Shown: positions 30,072 through 40,824, numbered from the stretch's first letter. The stretch: DNA of 64,000 nt from Fidelibacterota bacterium (GCA_016845065.1 JAERTG010000023.1:167553-231552), one strand, 5' to 3'. Notes: generated from the sequence alone by a model not told the origin. A program made the numbers and translations.

Positions 30072-31550
30072 CTATCCTGTTGGAGCCTGCAATGTGAAGC
30101 AGGCACCTCCTTCTGCTTTGTTATGTGCATCCACCACCCAATCGCATCTGCGGCTAATCTCCCATGCCAGGTAGCAACCATAACCAGAGTTCTGACTTCC
30201 ATCTTTGGTACTCACAGATTCTTTAAATATGGCCTTTTGGCCCTGTTCGTCAACTTGTAACAATTCAGATGATAAACCTTTTCCATTATCGCAAATCTCA
30301 ATCATGAGGATTTTTTTAGCTGCATCATGTTTTGTTTTAATCTTAAGAATAAGGTCATGATCAACATTGTGCTCTATAGCGTTTTGAATCAATGGCTCGA
30401 TGATCTCCCACGCCACATATTCATTCACATGCAGGATAGGAATATCCTCTGCAAAATCGAGTTCAACACTGACGGCATTGCTTTCACTCGCCTTATAAAC
30501 TCGTTGAAATATGTTTTCTACAACAAACTGAATAACCTCATTAATATTGGTTTGAAATATGGGGTTACGGATGACATGAAGGGGTGGATCGTAGGTTTTC
30601 ATGTCATAAATCACCCGTGACACAAAATTTGCATATTTTGTGACGCGGTTGCGCGTTTCATCCAGATTTTTATCCCTCAAGCCTCTGAGATCCTCTTTAA
30701 TAAATCCCATGACCTTTTCCGCTTTATGATGGGTGTGATAAATACGTTTTGTAAAGAGGGATTCTTTCTGGTGCTCTACTTGTTCTCGAAGCTGTTTTGA
30801 GCGTTGGTCAAACAATTGATGTTGGACCTCATCCCGTTCTTGAGCGGTGTAGGAGTAAATGAAAAACATTGCTAAAAATCCAAACAGAATGAGACCGGTA
30901 AATAAAATTCCACTTTGACTATATGCAGATTCAATAAGTGCGAGAAATCCTGCAACATCAGGAGTCACCCGCATATAGGCTGCACCTGCAATTTCACCCC
31001 TGTCATAAAAGGGAACCAACACATGGAAGGTGTTGTTGCCTTCAAGTGAGCTGACAATTTGTTCCTCATCCACTAAGACCTGTGAATGTTCATGATAATA
31101 AAGAATAGCATTTGAAGCAGATGGTTGAATGTCAATAACCCGGATTGAATCTGGCTCAAGATAAAGATCATAGATTTCAGCTCCGTCTCTCAGGGCAGTG
31201 ACCCTACTCCCCTGATTGACAAGGAGATAGACTTCATCAATATTCCTTTGGAGCATTTGCTGGCTTAATAATTTATCAAAAGACTCGATGGTCTTAATTC
31301 TGTTCTCACCGTTTATCGGGATATCCTGCCGTCCTTGCTCAATGAGAAGTTCAAGTGCAGTAGTCGTTAAATCAGCAACCCTTTCAGCAGAGTCACGTCG
31401 GTAGTATTCCATAGCCTGTTGAAATATTTGATTGGTTGATTGACTGTTGATAAATGAAAGGGCAGTTTGAAATACCACTACCACAATAAACAACACCAGG
31501 ATGTGTTGAATTTCAAAATGGTAGTTTTCAAATTTTTGAGTCAGTTTCAA
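30072..31550 (-). CDS. Membrane sensor histidine kinase with non-canonical H-box
   Basis: Two TM helices around a periplasmic domain; N-box LIQNAIEH, G1 DNGKG, G2 SGYGCYL; candidate H-box RIYHTHHKAE. Confidence 0.85.
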   Translation of the reverse strand: MKLTQKFENYHFEIQHILVLFIVVVVFQTALSFINSQSTNQIFQQAMEYYRRDSAERVADLTTTALELLIEQGRQDIPINGENRIKTIESFDKLLSQQMLQRNIDEVYLLVNQGSRVTALRDGAEIYDLYLEPDSIRVIDIQPSASNAILYYHEHSQVLVDEEQIVSSLEGNNTFHVLVPFYDRGEIAGAAYMRVTPDVAGFLALIESAYSQSGILFTGLILFGFLAMFFIYSYTAQERDEVQHQLFDQRSKQLREQVEHQKESLFTKRIYHTHHKAEKVMGFIKEDLRGLRDKNLDETRNRVTKYANFVSRVIYDMKTYDPPLHVIRNPIFQTNINEVIQFVVENIFQRVYKASESNAVSVELDFAEDIPILHVNEYVAWEIIEPLIQNAIEHNVDHDLILKIKTKHDAAKKILMIEICDNGKGLSSELLQVDEQGQKAIFKESVSTKDGSQNSGYGCYLAWEISRRCDWVVDAHNKAEGGACFTLQAPTG

Positions 31551-32908
31551 AAAGATTGACCTCTTTTTAGCACATCGTCGATATCATTTTGCGCCTTGGC
31601 AAGCCCTGCTTCAACCTCAATCTCACCAGACATAATCTGGTGTAAGTGCGTTGAAAGAATATCAGATATGAGGGTGTAATGATCCAAGGTCGGTCTATGC
31701 AGCCCCTTCTGCATCATTTTCTGAATCAACCGCAATCTCTCTTGGCGTGGTCCAGATTCAGCCCGACTATAAAATTCTCGTTGAATAGGAAGAAGTCCCT
31801 CACTTTCATAGAATATTCTTTGTCCCTCCATAGAGGCAGCAAACTTCATGAATTCAATGGCTGCATTTTTGACTGGAGAATGTTTGGAAAGCATCATGTT
31901 CCAACCGCCAAATACCGGTGTCGATTCACCTCCCTCAAAGTGAGGCAAGGGAGCTATTTCCAATTTTTCAAACAATTCAGGATCAAATCGCTGATAATTC
32001 TCATTATTCATCGTAGGCCAGCCACGGACAAAGGGTATGTCGTGAGCCAGTGCGAAACGGATACAGTCATCCTCTGTCATACTCAATGCTTCAACAGGTG
32101 CAAAATTTGTGCTGATCATTTCACGCATGAAATGGGTTCGCTCGATGATTAGTGGATGTGTCAGGTCAATCAGCTTTCCAGAAGTTTCATCTTCCAGTGT
32201 TCGCCCGATGATTTCATTGAAATTACAAATCAGTCCTTCATAGGCGACTGCCTGTGGGATGAATATAGGTTTATCTGTGAAATATCTCTCCCTGAGTTCA
32301 AGCAATTCTTCCCAGGATATGGATTGATTTATACGGTCCACAATGGCCTCGCCGTCTTCTAATGCGAGGATCATATCTTTACGATAATAAAGGGCACCAA
32401 TATCTGTATACAACGGAACGGCATATAAGATGTCATTGACATAACAAGTTTGGAGTGGTTGAGGGACTAATTTCTTTAAAAACTGAGGTGCAAAATAAGG
32501 CGTAAGCGGTTCGGCCCATTTAGTAAATCGAGGTACCCATATCAAATCGACGGAAAAAACATCAATTCTACTGCTACGACTTCTTAAGTTTCTGGCTATC
32601 AGCTCCTTACGTTGATTCGTGTTGAATTTAGAAAAGGGTAAATCAATGGCTATTACTTCTATTTCCCCTCTATAAAGCTCATTAAATTGCCTGATTATTT
32701 CAGCATGACCCACCCCAATATTGTCTGCAAAATAAACTCGCTCAATTCCATCCGTGTTTAGCGGATTTGGACCAAGAGGAAATGATGAAATCAAGAATGA
32801 TATGAGGAAGATTAGTGCCCCAATTGAAAACAGAAAGGGTAGACTTGTGGAGAGTGTTTTTAACCGAAGTTTTTTGGGCGGCTCTTTTTGTAAATTCGTA
32901 TCATTCAT
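31547..32908 (-). CDS. Membrane-anchored extracellular sugar-binding protein (ABC family 1 SBP fold)
   Basis: N-terminal TM; DVFSVDLIWVPRF, LYAVPLYTDIGALYYRKD, YEGLICNF, GGWNMMLSKHS; stop overlaps the kinase start. Confidence 0.85.
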   Translation of the reverse strand: MNDTNLQKEPPKKLRLKTLSTSLPFLFSIGALIFLISFLISSFPLGPNPLNTDGIERVYFADNIGVGHAEIIRQFNELYRGEIEVIAIDLPFSKFNTNQRKELIARNLRSRSSRIDVFSVDLIWVPRFTKWAEPLTPYFAPQFLKKLVPQPLQTCYVNDILYAVPLYTDIGALYYRKDMILALEDGEAIVDRINQSISWEELLELRERYFTDKPIFIPQAVAYEGLICNFNEIIGRTLEDETSGKLIDLTHPLIIERTHFMREMISTNFAPVEALSMTEDDCIRFALAHDIPFVRGWPTMNNENYQRFDPELFEKLEIAPLPHFEGGESTPVFGGWNMMLSKHSPVKNAAIEFMKFAASMEGQRIFYESEGLLPIQREFYSRAESGPRQERLRLIQKMMQKGLHRPTLDHYTLISDILSTHLHQIMSGEIEVEAGLAKAQNDIDDVLKRGQSF

Positions 32909-33283
32909 ATTATTGAAATGATAATAATTGGCATATCAAAACAATACAAGCTCTAACTATTAAATTGCAGGGAAATCAGTCCACGGCTTTGAATGAGAAA
33001 TTAATTTCACCAAAATAGGATATGAAATCCAATCCAATCTCCGCCTTACGAAATCTAAATTGCCATCAATTCAATGGTGTTATTGACATAAACACAAAGA
33101 GTTACACACATTTTCCTGAGAATAGATTTCCGATTAAATAATTTATCTGGATCTTCATCTGCCAAAGATTTCATTTCGCAGATAGTAGAGGGTATAAAAC
33201 TGATGTAGGAGTGGCACCCAATTTGAATACATAAATACCAGGAAGCAATTCTGTATCTAGATATCAACATATGAGGAGTAAAC

Positions 33284-35131
33284 ATGTTTACGAGATCGAT
33301 ATTTCTGAAAATTTTTGTGCTTGGATTCATGCTTCAACTAGTAGTCACCTGCAATTCCACCGAACCAATTGTCAAACATGTATCCGTGACGGGGAAAAGT
33401 GTAGAGAACATTGTTGAATTGATGACATTGGCAGAAAAAGTTGGACAAATGACTCAGGCTGATAGGCGCTATCTAATTGATGAAGCTGATATTACGGAAT
33501 TGCACTTAGGATCCCTTCTCAGTGGAGGTGGATCAACCCCTGAAATTAATAATCCCACATCCTGGGCTGATATGGTTGATGGTTATCAGGCTCTAGCTGC
33601 CAAATCTCGTTTGGGAATTCCTCTCATGTACGGTATTGATGCAGTCCATGGACACAGCAATGTAGTGGGTGCTACTATCTTTCCACATAATATTGCCCTT
33701 GGAGCCACAGGTAATCCTGAACTGGTAAAGGAAATTGCCCACATCACCGCAAAAGAAGTTCGAGCAACGGGGATTAATTGGACATTTGATCCCTGCGTCG
33801 CTAACTCAAGAGACGAACGTTGGGGACGCGCCTATGAGTCCTATGGAGAGGACCCAGCTCTCCTAGCCGCTCTCGGACAGGCCCAGGTTGAGGGTTATCA
33901 GGGAGCATCACTTAGCGCTCCTGATGCAATTGTGGCATGTACGAAACATTACATTGGAGATGGCGCTCCCACCTGGACAACAGGCAATAATGGTAAAATT
34001 GATCGCGGAGATGCTCAAATTTCCGAAGATGAATTAAGAGCCCTTCATTTACCACCCTACCAGGCTGCTATTCAAGGTGGGACAGCAACCATCATGGCTT
34101 CATATAACAGCTGGAATGGTGAAAAACTTCATGGGCAAAAATATCTCATGACCGATGTACTCAAAGGAGAGCTTGGGTTTCAGGGTTTCATCGTAACAGA
34201 TTGGGCGGGCATTGATGAGCTCCCAGGTGATTATAAGAGTGATATAGTTGAGTCAATCAACGCAGGTGTTGATATGGTTATGGTTCCTGGAGATACGAGC
34301 AAAGATGGGTACACATACAGAGAATTTATCACCAAGTTGACCGAAGCCATCAATGAAGGCTTGATAGAAATGTCTCGCATCAATGATGCTGTAACCAGAA
34401 TCTTGAATGTTAAAAAGAGTATGGGTCTGTTGGATGCGCCCTACAGCAACGATCGCAATCTCATCTCCCACGTAGGTTCACCCGAGCATCGAGAAGTGGC
34501 CCGGCAAGCTGTCCGTGAATCTGTAGTATTGCTAAAGAACAACAGCGTCTTACCATTATCCAAAGAGCTCTCAACACTTGTTGTAGCTGGTCGTGGGGCC
34601 AATGATGTTGGCATGCAATGTGGTGGCTGGACCATTTCCTGGCAGGGTGGTATGGGCGATATCACTCCCGGTACTACCGTCTTGGAAGGCGTTCAAGCAA
34701 GCGTTTCTTCATCAACCCAGGTGATTCACTCGCCTGATGGAACAGCTGCTGCCAGTGCAGATGCTGTAATAGTTGTTGTTGGAGAGACACCCTATGCTGA
34801 AATGCATGGAGATAGGGATAATCTAGTCCTATCAGACGAAGATTTGGCAGTTATTAACACAGTAAAGACCAGTGGAAAACCTATGGTGGTCGTGCTCCTT
34901 TCAGGACGTCCTATAATCGTCACCGATATCATTGAAGAGGTGGATGCTTTGCTAGCTGCATGGCTGCCTGGAACAGAAGGCAATGGAATCTCCGATGTGA
35001 TTTTTGGTGATTATTCACCTACTGGAAAACTCTCAGTGACCTGGCCGAAAGACATGAGTCAAATACCAATTAACCAGGGTGATAATAATTACTCACCTCT
35101 CTTTCCTGTAGGATATGGAATGAGTTATTAG
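33284..35131 (+). CDS. GH3 beta-glucosidase / exo-beta-glucanase
   Basis: MTLAEKVGQMTQ, GIDAVHG, CTKHYIGDG, nucleophile VTDW, GETPYAE, AWLPGTEG. Confidence 0.95.
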   Translation: MFTRSIFLKIFVLGFMLQLVVTCNSTEPIVKHVSVTGKSVENIVELMTLAEKVGQMTQADRRYLIDEADITELHLGSLLSGGGSTPEINNPTSWADMVDGYQALAAKSRLGIPLMYGIDAVHGHSNVVGATIFPHNIALGATGNPELVKEIAHITAKEVRATGINWTFDPCVANSRDERWGRAYESYGEDPALLAALGQAQVEGYQGASLSAPDAIVACTKHYIGDGAPTWTTGNNGKIDRGDAQISEDELRALHLPPYQAAIQGGTATIMASYNSWNGEKLHGQKYLMTDVLKGELGFQGFIVTDWAGIDELPGDYKSDIVESINAGVDMVMVPGDTSKDGYTYREFITKLTEAINEGLIEMSRINDAVTRILNVKKSMGLLDAPYSNDRNLISHVGSPEHREVARQAVRESVVLLKNNSVLPLSKELSTLVVAGRGANDVGMQCGGWTISWQGGMGDITPGTTVLEGVQASVSSSTQVIHSPDGTAAASADAVIVVVGETPYAEMHGDRDNLVLSDEDLAVINTVKTSGKPMVVVLLSGRPIIVTDIIEEVDALLAAWLPGTEGNGISDVIFGDYSPTGKLSVTWPKDMSQIPINQGDNNYSPLFPVGYGMSY

Positions 35132-35172
35132 ATGTTGCCTAATAGAAATGAAGGAATTATGCTTAAGTTGAT

Positions 35173-38100
35173 ATGATCCCTCAACCAATGGCATTATTCA
35201 GAGCAGCTGGTTTCCTGGTAGCAATAGTACCCTCTCTTCTCTTGGGTCAATCCTTGATTCTTAATGAAATTGTTGCTTCTAACCGAGCAAGTTTATACGA
35301 TGAGGATGGTGACACACCAGATTGGATTGAAATATACAATACTTCCTCATCTGCAGTCAGCTTACAAGGTTTTGGTCTTTCTGATGATATTAACAATCCA
35401 TATAAATGGATATTTGGAGCTGGTGAAATAGATGGCGATAGTCATGCCATTATTTTTGCATCAGATAAGGACAGGCAAGCCTTAAACCTAAACTGGGACC
35501 TCATATTCGAAGAAGGTTCTCTGTGGCGCTATTTTGTTGGTACTTCAAATCCACCTTCAAATTGGAACTCATTGAATTTTAATGAAAATCAATGGCTAGA
35601 GAGTGTCAGCGGGTTTGGTTACGGGGACAATGATGATAATACGATAATTCCGTCGACCATGTCCGTTTATCTGCGGAACACATTCACTATCTCTGATACC
35701 TCCTCGGTCCCCGGTCTCCTTTTTCACATCGATTATGATGATGGATATGTCGCCTACCTCAATGGTGTTGAATTCTCCAGAGAAAACATGGGTGAGCCAG
35801 GAAGCGAGGTAAATAATAACACACCGGCAACAACCTATACCGAACCATCATTGCCTGACAATGTTGATCTACCCTTTACCCTCATCTCCAGTGATTTAAT
35901 GGTGGAGGGTGACAACGTCATTGCAGTTGAAGTGCATAATCACAGCCTGTCCTCATCTGACATGACTGCAATCCCATTTCTGAGTATAGGCGAACTGGAT
36001 ACACCTGATTCTCCATTACCTTCCTTTTTAGAGTCACCTGCTCAAAGCCAATTTCACACCAATTTTAAAGTTAATAGTGATGGTGAGTTGGTCATGTTAA
36101 CGAGTCCTGATGGTGGGAGTCTAGATTCAATTCGAGTACCTGAGCTGCCCTCAGACATCAGTTGGGGTAGAGAGCCTGATGCCAGTGGAAATATGTTCTA
36201 TTTCAATCCACCAACTCCTGGTGAGACGAATGTGGGAGGATTCACTGTCCCTGCCGAACCACCTGTTCTGTCTCCTGGACCGGGATTTTATAACTTCGGT
36301 ATCTCGCTGAGCATGGGCGCAGTGCCACAAGGGCGGGTTTATAAATATACACTGGATGGAAGCATTCCGAATCTGAGCTCAGCAACCTATACCACACCGT
36401 TATCTATCACTCAAACCACAGTAGTTCGAGTCTTAACATGCGCCCCTGATGGCACGAATCCCACTCTAAATTCATTTAGTTATTTCATTAATGAGGAACC
36501 CGACCTACCTGTCATGTCTCTCATTTTTGAACCGGGTGCATTTTTTGATAATGATACTGGACTGTATGTGATGGGTTCAGATGCATCTCCATCCTTCCCC
36601 CATTTTGGAGCAAATTTCTGGGAAGACTGGGAAAGGCAAGTTCACGTCGAATATTTTGATGGTGGGAATGAGCTCAGCTATGCGGCTTCTGCAGGCGTGA
36701 AAATATTTGGGGGCTGGAGTAGAGGGAATCCACAAAAGTCTCTTTCATTATTTGCCCGTGGACGCTATGGAACCAGCAAATTTGAGTACCCTTTCTTTCC
36801 GGACCTGGGCATCGATAAATTCGAGGCTATTGTGCTCAGAAATTCTGGAAATGATTGGAATATGTCAGGCTATAGAGATGGTTTTATGACAAGCCTTGTC
36901 TCTGAGCGGGATGTTGACAAGCAAGCGTTTCAGCCAGTCGAAGTCTATTTAAATGGTGACTATTGGGGAATTTATAACTTGCGAGAGAAGGTAAACGAGC
37001 ATTTTGTGTCAAGTCATCACGATGTTGATAATGATGATATCGATTTATTGGCCTTGGATGGGAATGAGGTGGTGCATGGTGAAAACAACCATTATGTGGA
37101 CTTAATTGATTACATCAACTCTCACACACTTAACTCTGATCTCGATTTTGAGTACGTTGAAGAACGCGTGGATATTGATAATTTTATTAATTACCAATTG
37201 GCCCAGATCTACTTCGATAACCAGGACTGGCCTGGAAATAATATCAAGTTTTGGCGCTCCAGGCTGCCCGGTGGCAAATGGCGTTGGATATTGTATGATA
37301 CTGATTTTGGTTTTAGCATCTGGAGTAATAATAACTATATAAGAAATACTCTGGAGTTTGCCACAGATCCAAATGGACCAGATTGGCCCAATCCACCATG
37401 GTCTACTCTCCTCCTTCGGAAATTTTTAACGAACCCAGGGTTCGAGCGGAATTTCATCCTCACCGCTTGTGACCTTTTAAATCAGCCATTCATATACGAG
37501 CAGGTTGAGTCAGCACTCAATGAGCATCAACAATGGTTATTACCATCCCTTCCAGACCATATTTCGCGGTGGAATCACATGAGTCTTCCCAACTGGTACA
37601 ACGAAGGGATGATCATGGATAACTTTGCTTTGAATAGACCCTATTATATGCGCAATCACTTTCGAAGTAAATTTAACCTTGGTGCAGACAGTGAACTTCA
37701 GGTCAATGTTGAACCAGCAGGCGCTGGAAAAGTGCGTGTCCATTCCATCGTCCCGGATAACTATCCATGGGTGGGAACTTATTTTTCATCGGTTCCTGTT
37801 GACGTCCGCGCCATTGCCCTTCAGGGATATCAATTTTCACACTGGCAGAATAGGCTGGTAACCGATGTGGATTTGACCATTAGCATGGCATCGGATGTTG
37901 AATTAACGGCTATATTTGTTCCTGTTTCTCCCGATGATGGTGCTCTGGTTATCAACGAAATCAATTATAACTCCCTGAATGATTCTGACACCAAGGATTG
38001 GATCGAATTATTTAATGGCACGCCTGAGGCTGTCGATCTGACAGGATGGGCAGTCAGCGATGACAACGATGATAACTGGTTTGTGTTGTCCGAAATATCA

Positions 38101-38727
38101 CTTGCTCCTGATGCATATTTGATTGTGACTAGCGATAGCCTCGCCTATAGAAGTATTCACGGGAGTGATGCTCGGATTGTTGGTGATCTGGATTTCAATT
38201 TCAGCAATGGAGGAGAATTGATTCGCCTCTTTAACTCAGATCAAATAATTGTGGATAGTGTACGCTATGATGATGAGGATCCATGGCCTACTGAGCCTGA
38301 TGGAGATGGTCCTACATTAGAGTTGACATTCCCTACTCTGGACAATGGTTTGAGTACGAGTTGGGCTGTTTCAGATAACCTGGGGACGCCTGGTGCTCAA
38401 AATGGCAGCTTTGCTGTTCCATCAGCATTCAACAATGACAACGGACCTACGGAATTTCGAATCGGAATGGCCTTCCCAAATCCATTCAATGCAATGATCA
38501 CCATCCCTTACACCGTTGCCGAAATCGGGTTATTTCAGATCGATATATTTGATCTCAGAGGTCGCATGATTCATTCAGAGAGCATCAATTCATCACGAAG
38601 TGGTTCAGGAAATTATCATTGGGATGGAAGGAATGAGCATGGGCTGGCACAAAGTTCTGGAATGTACGTGGTTCGATTAACTCAAAACGAACTTACTGCC
38701 AGTATAAAAATCGCGCTCCTCCGATAG
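35173..38727 (+). CDS. CotH-family kinase with lamin-tail domains and T9SS-type CTD
   Basis: LTD motifs LILNEI..DWIEIYN and LVINEINY..DWIELFN; CotH motifs YLNGDYWGIYNLREK, DWPGNN, WILYDTDFGF; FPNPFN CTD. Confidence 0.88.
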   Translation: MIPQPMALFRAAGFLVAIVPSLLLGQSLILNEIVASNRASLYDEDGDTPDWIEIYNTSSSAVSLQGFGLSDDINNPYKWIFGAGEIDGDSHAIIFASDKDRQALNLNWDLIFEEGSLWRYFVGTSNPPSNWNSLNFNENQWLESVSGFGYGDNDDNTIIPSTMSVYLRNTFTISDTSSVPGLLFHIDYDDGYVAYLNGVEFSRENMGEPGSEVNNNTPATTYTEPSLPDNVDLPFTLISSDLMVEGDNVIAVEVHNHSLSSSDMTAIPFLSIGELDTPDSPLPSFLESPAQSQFHTNFKVNSDGELVMLTSPDGGSLDSIRVPELPSDISWGREPDASGNMFYFNPPTPGETNVGGFTVPAEPPVLSPGPGFYNFGISLSMGAVPQGRVYKYTLDGSIPNLSSATYTTPLSITQTTVVRVLTCAPDGTNPTLNSFSYFINEEPDLPVMSLIFEPGAFFDNDTGLYVMGSDASPSFPHFGANFWEDWERQVHVEYFDGGNELSYAASAGVKIFGGWSRGNPQKSLSLFARGRYGTSKFEYPFFPDLGIDKFEAIVLRNSGNDWNMSGYRDGFMTSLVSERDVDKQAFQPVEVYLNGDYWGIYNLREKVNEHFVSSHHDVDNDDIDLLALDGNEVVHGENNHYVDLIDYINSHTLNSDLDFEYVEERVDIDNFINYQLAQIYFDNQDWPGNNIKFWRSRLPGGKWRWILYDTDFGFSIWSNNNYIRNTLEFATDPNGPDWPNPPWSTLLLRKFLTNPGFERNFILTACDLLNQPFIYEQVESALNEHQQWLLPSLPDHISRWNHMSLPNWYNEGMIMDNFALNRPYYMRNHFRSKFNLGADSELQVNVEPAGAGKVRVHSIVPDNYPWVGTYFSSVPVDVRAIALQGYQFSHWQNRLVTDVDLTISMASDVELTAIFVPVSPDDGALVINEINYNSLNDSDTKDWIELFNGTPEAVDLTGWAVSDDNDDNWFVLSEISLAPDAYLIVTSDSLAYRSIHGSDARIVGDLDFNFSNGGELIRLFNSDQIIVDSVRYDDEDPWPTEPDGDGPTLELTFPTLDNGLSTSWAVSDNLGTPGAQNGSFAVPSAFNNDNGPTEFRIGMAFPNPFNAMITIPYTVAEIGLFQIDIFDLRGRMIHSESINSSRSGSGNYHWDGRNEHGLAQSSGMYVVRLTQNELTASIKIALLR

Positions 38728-38733
38728 GAAAAT

Positions 38734-40824
38734 CTACTCAACTAATCTCACAGTACCGAAATTTGCTGGAGATTGATACGCATTATCGCTGGAAGAAAAC
38801 CAGGATATTTTACCATTTCTGGTGTTGCTGTCATTATCATTGATATGGACATCCAGACCCAATAGTTGATCGACACTGGGCATTCCATTTAAACTTTTCC
38901 AAGGAATGGCAATTTCCAGTGTATATCCCTCAGATTGGGAGCGCTGTTCAATTCGCGCACCTTCAAAATGGGCTCCAATATCAGCATACAAATTGTTACC
39001 ACCTAAAACAAATCTGAGTTGGTACTCGTCGTTTCCGTAGAACTTTGATTTACTGTTATCTGTATCCAGATAAAGCTCGAGTCCATCATTTAAATAGTCT
39101 ACTGATGAATTTACACTAAGACTATCATCCTTAATCTCCATATAAAAATAAAGGTGCTCCCAATCCCATCGCGCGCTGAACCAGGCGCTGAGATCTGCTT
39201 CGTCACGGATAGAGCCAGAAATATTATTATTGAGAGGTAATTGTTCTGTCCTTCCCCATTGCTCATCCCACTCCCCATCAATTTTAGGCGGGGGTGATAC
39301 GTAAAATATTTTGGTCCCCTTAAACTTCTTCCATGAAATTTTATTTGGATGTGTTTGAGTTTTACCCTTATCGTTCCATACTTCAACATGGAAATTTCCG
39401 CTTCTCATTTTCAAGGGTAATTCATGAATAGACAATTCAAAATCTGCGGCTTCAGGGAGCATCTTTCCGTTTCTATACCATTGATAGTTGAGGGGATAGC
39501 CCGAAGTTTCCACACTGATTGTGCCTGCATAACCCTCACTGAAAGTTCTGTCTGAGGAGATTTCGAGAATCATTGGCTCCTTTGACTCCAGTGTACTTGA
39601 ATAAGCTTGTGGATCTAATGGATATAGAGACTGCACCATCGCCGGTAAAAAATCACACATCTTTGAATTTGTCATTTTCGCCTGTTCGAAGAGCCATCTT
39701 TTTGCCAACCGTTTACTAGGTTTAGGACCTTCACCATTCCAGTAGGCCAGGATCTTTTTGAATCCCTCAGTTTTCCTGATACTCCAGGGTTGTCGCTTTA
39801 GCTCAAATTTTTTATGTGTCCACCAGCTCCATCCCACATTTGCCTTCTCTAGAAATTCAGTGGAAGCTCTGTATAACTCCCAGGGAGGATCCTGTTCACC
39901 GGTTTCACCATGCCATAGAGGCATATCATACTTTTTGCGTAGATCATCCCACCGTTGTATACCTCGTGAAGTGTGTGTTGGCGGGTAAGAGTGGAATGCC
40001 ATGACAAGGTGGGGATCCCAATCCATCGGTTCCAGAATAGAAAAATCCTGAGCCCAGTCATCTCCTTCAATAAAAATGATGCCCTCTGTGTCAGTTTTAC
40101 GAATAACCCTGGTGATACGAAGGTATAATTCTCTGAGTAATCCAGGATCAATCCCATCGTATCGAGCCAGTAAGGGTTCATTCAAGAGATCATAACCCAC
40201 AATACAGGATTTCTCAGAATAACGTCTGGTGATTGTATCCCAAAGATCAATGGTCCGAGGCCAATATACGGACTTCTCCGTCCAGAGTCGGGCCTCCCCA
40301 TCACTATCGGATATATTCTCGGCATTTTGGCCACCAGGAGCCCCATGTAGATCCCAGATGATACCCATGCCGCTTTCCTCGCACCAATCCACAAAATTAT
40401 CAAGGAACCGAAAATTATGTTCGTCATAGACAAATGGGGGTTGTTCAGGTTGTTGATCCCGAGGTTGAATCATGGAGGCAAGAAGTGGAACTCTAAGTGT
40501 GTTCACACCAAATGATTTCATATTCTCCACATCTTCTCGGGTTACGAAATTTGAATAATAGCTGTCCCAGAATTTCTGAGCATTTCTGGAACCAATTAAT
40601 GCCTCTATTGCCGTTTCAAAGTGTCTTGGCCTATCAAGCTTTCGGATTCCCCACATATATCCCTCTGGAAGCAACCAGCCCCCTAAACCAATTCCTCTGA
40701 GTTGGATGGTTTCTCCAGTTTTGATGTCTACAATGTTTTGACCATTTGTGGTATAATATGCCTGTGCTTCAAAACCCATTGTGAGTAAAAGAATGAATGC
40801 TAGAGTTTGGATTTTTATCGTCAT
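38734..40824 (-). CDS. GH5 beta-glucanase (subfamily 46-like) + Ig-like + CBM9-like domain
   Basis: GIGLGGWLLPEGYM, YDLLNEP, WHGETGE; YQWYRNG Ig segment; PKIDGEWDEQW, DGLELYLD, YTLEIAIPW CBM9-like motifs. Confidence 0.87.
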   Translation of the reverse strand: MTIKIQTLAFILLLTMGFEAQAYYTTNGQNIVDIKTGETIQLRGIGLGGWLLPEGYMWGIRKLDRPRHFETAIEALIGSRNAQKFWDSYYSNFVTREDVENMKSFGVNTLRVPLLASMIQPRDQQPEQPPFVYDEHNFRFLDNFVDWCEESGMGIIWDLHGAPGGQNAENISDSDGEARLWTEKSVYWPRTIDLWDTITRRYSEKSCIVGYDLLNEPLLARYDGIDPGLLRELYLRITRVIRKTDTEGIIFIEGDDWAQDFSILEPMDWDPHLVMAFHSYPPTHTSRGIQRWDDLRKKYDMPLWHGETGEQDPPWELYRASTEFLEKANVGWSWWTHKKFELKRQPWSIRKTEGFKKILAYWNGEGPKPSKRLAKRWLFEQAKMTNSKMCDFLPAMVQSLYPLDPQAYSSTLESKEPMILEISSDRTFSEGYAGTISVETSGYPLNYQWYRNGKMLPEAADFELSIHELPLKMRSGNFHVEVWNDKGKTQTHPNKISWKKFKGTKIFYVSPPPKIDGEWDEQWGRTEQLPLNNNISGSIRDEADLSAWFSARWDWEHLYFYMEIKDDSLSVNSSVDYLNDGLELYLDTDNSKSKFYGNDEYQLRFVLGGNNLYADIGAHFEGARIEQRSQSEGYTLEIAIPWKSLNGMPSVDQLLGLDVHINDNDSNTRNGKISWFSSSDNAYQSPANFGTVRLVE

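Noticed and set aside
33055..33330. 91-aa minus-strand ORF in the divergent promoter region
   Set aside because: Overlaps the GH3 start antisense and has no protein-like features
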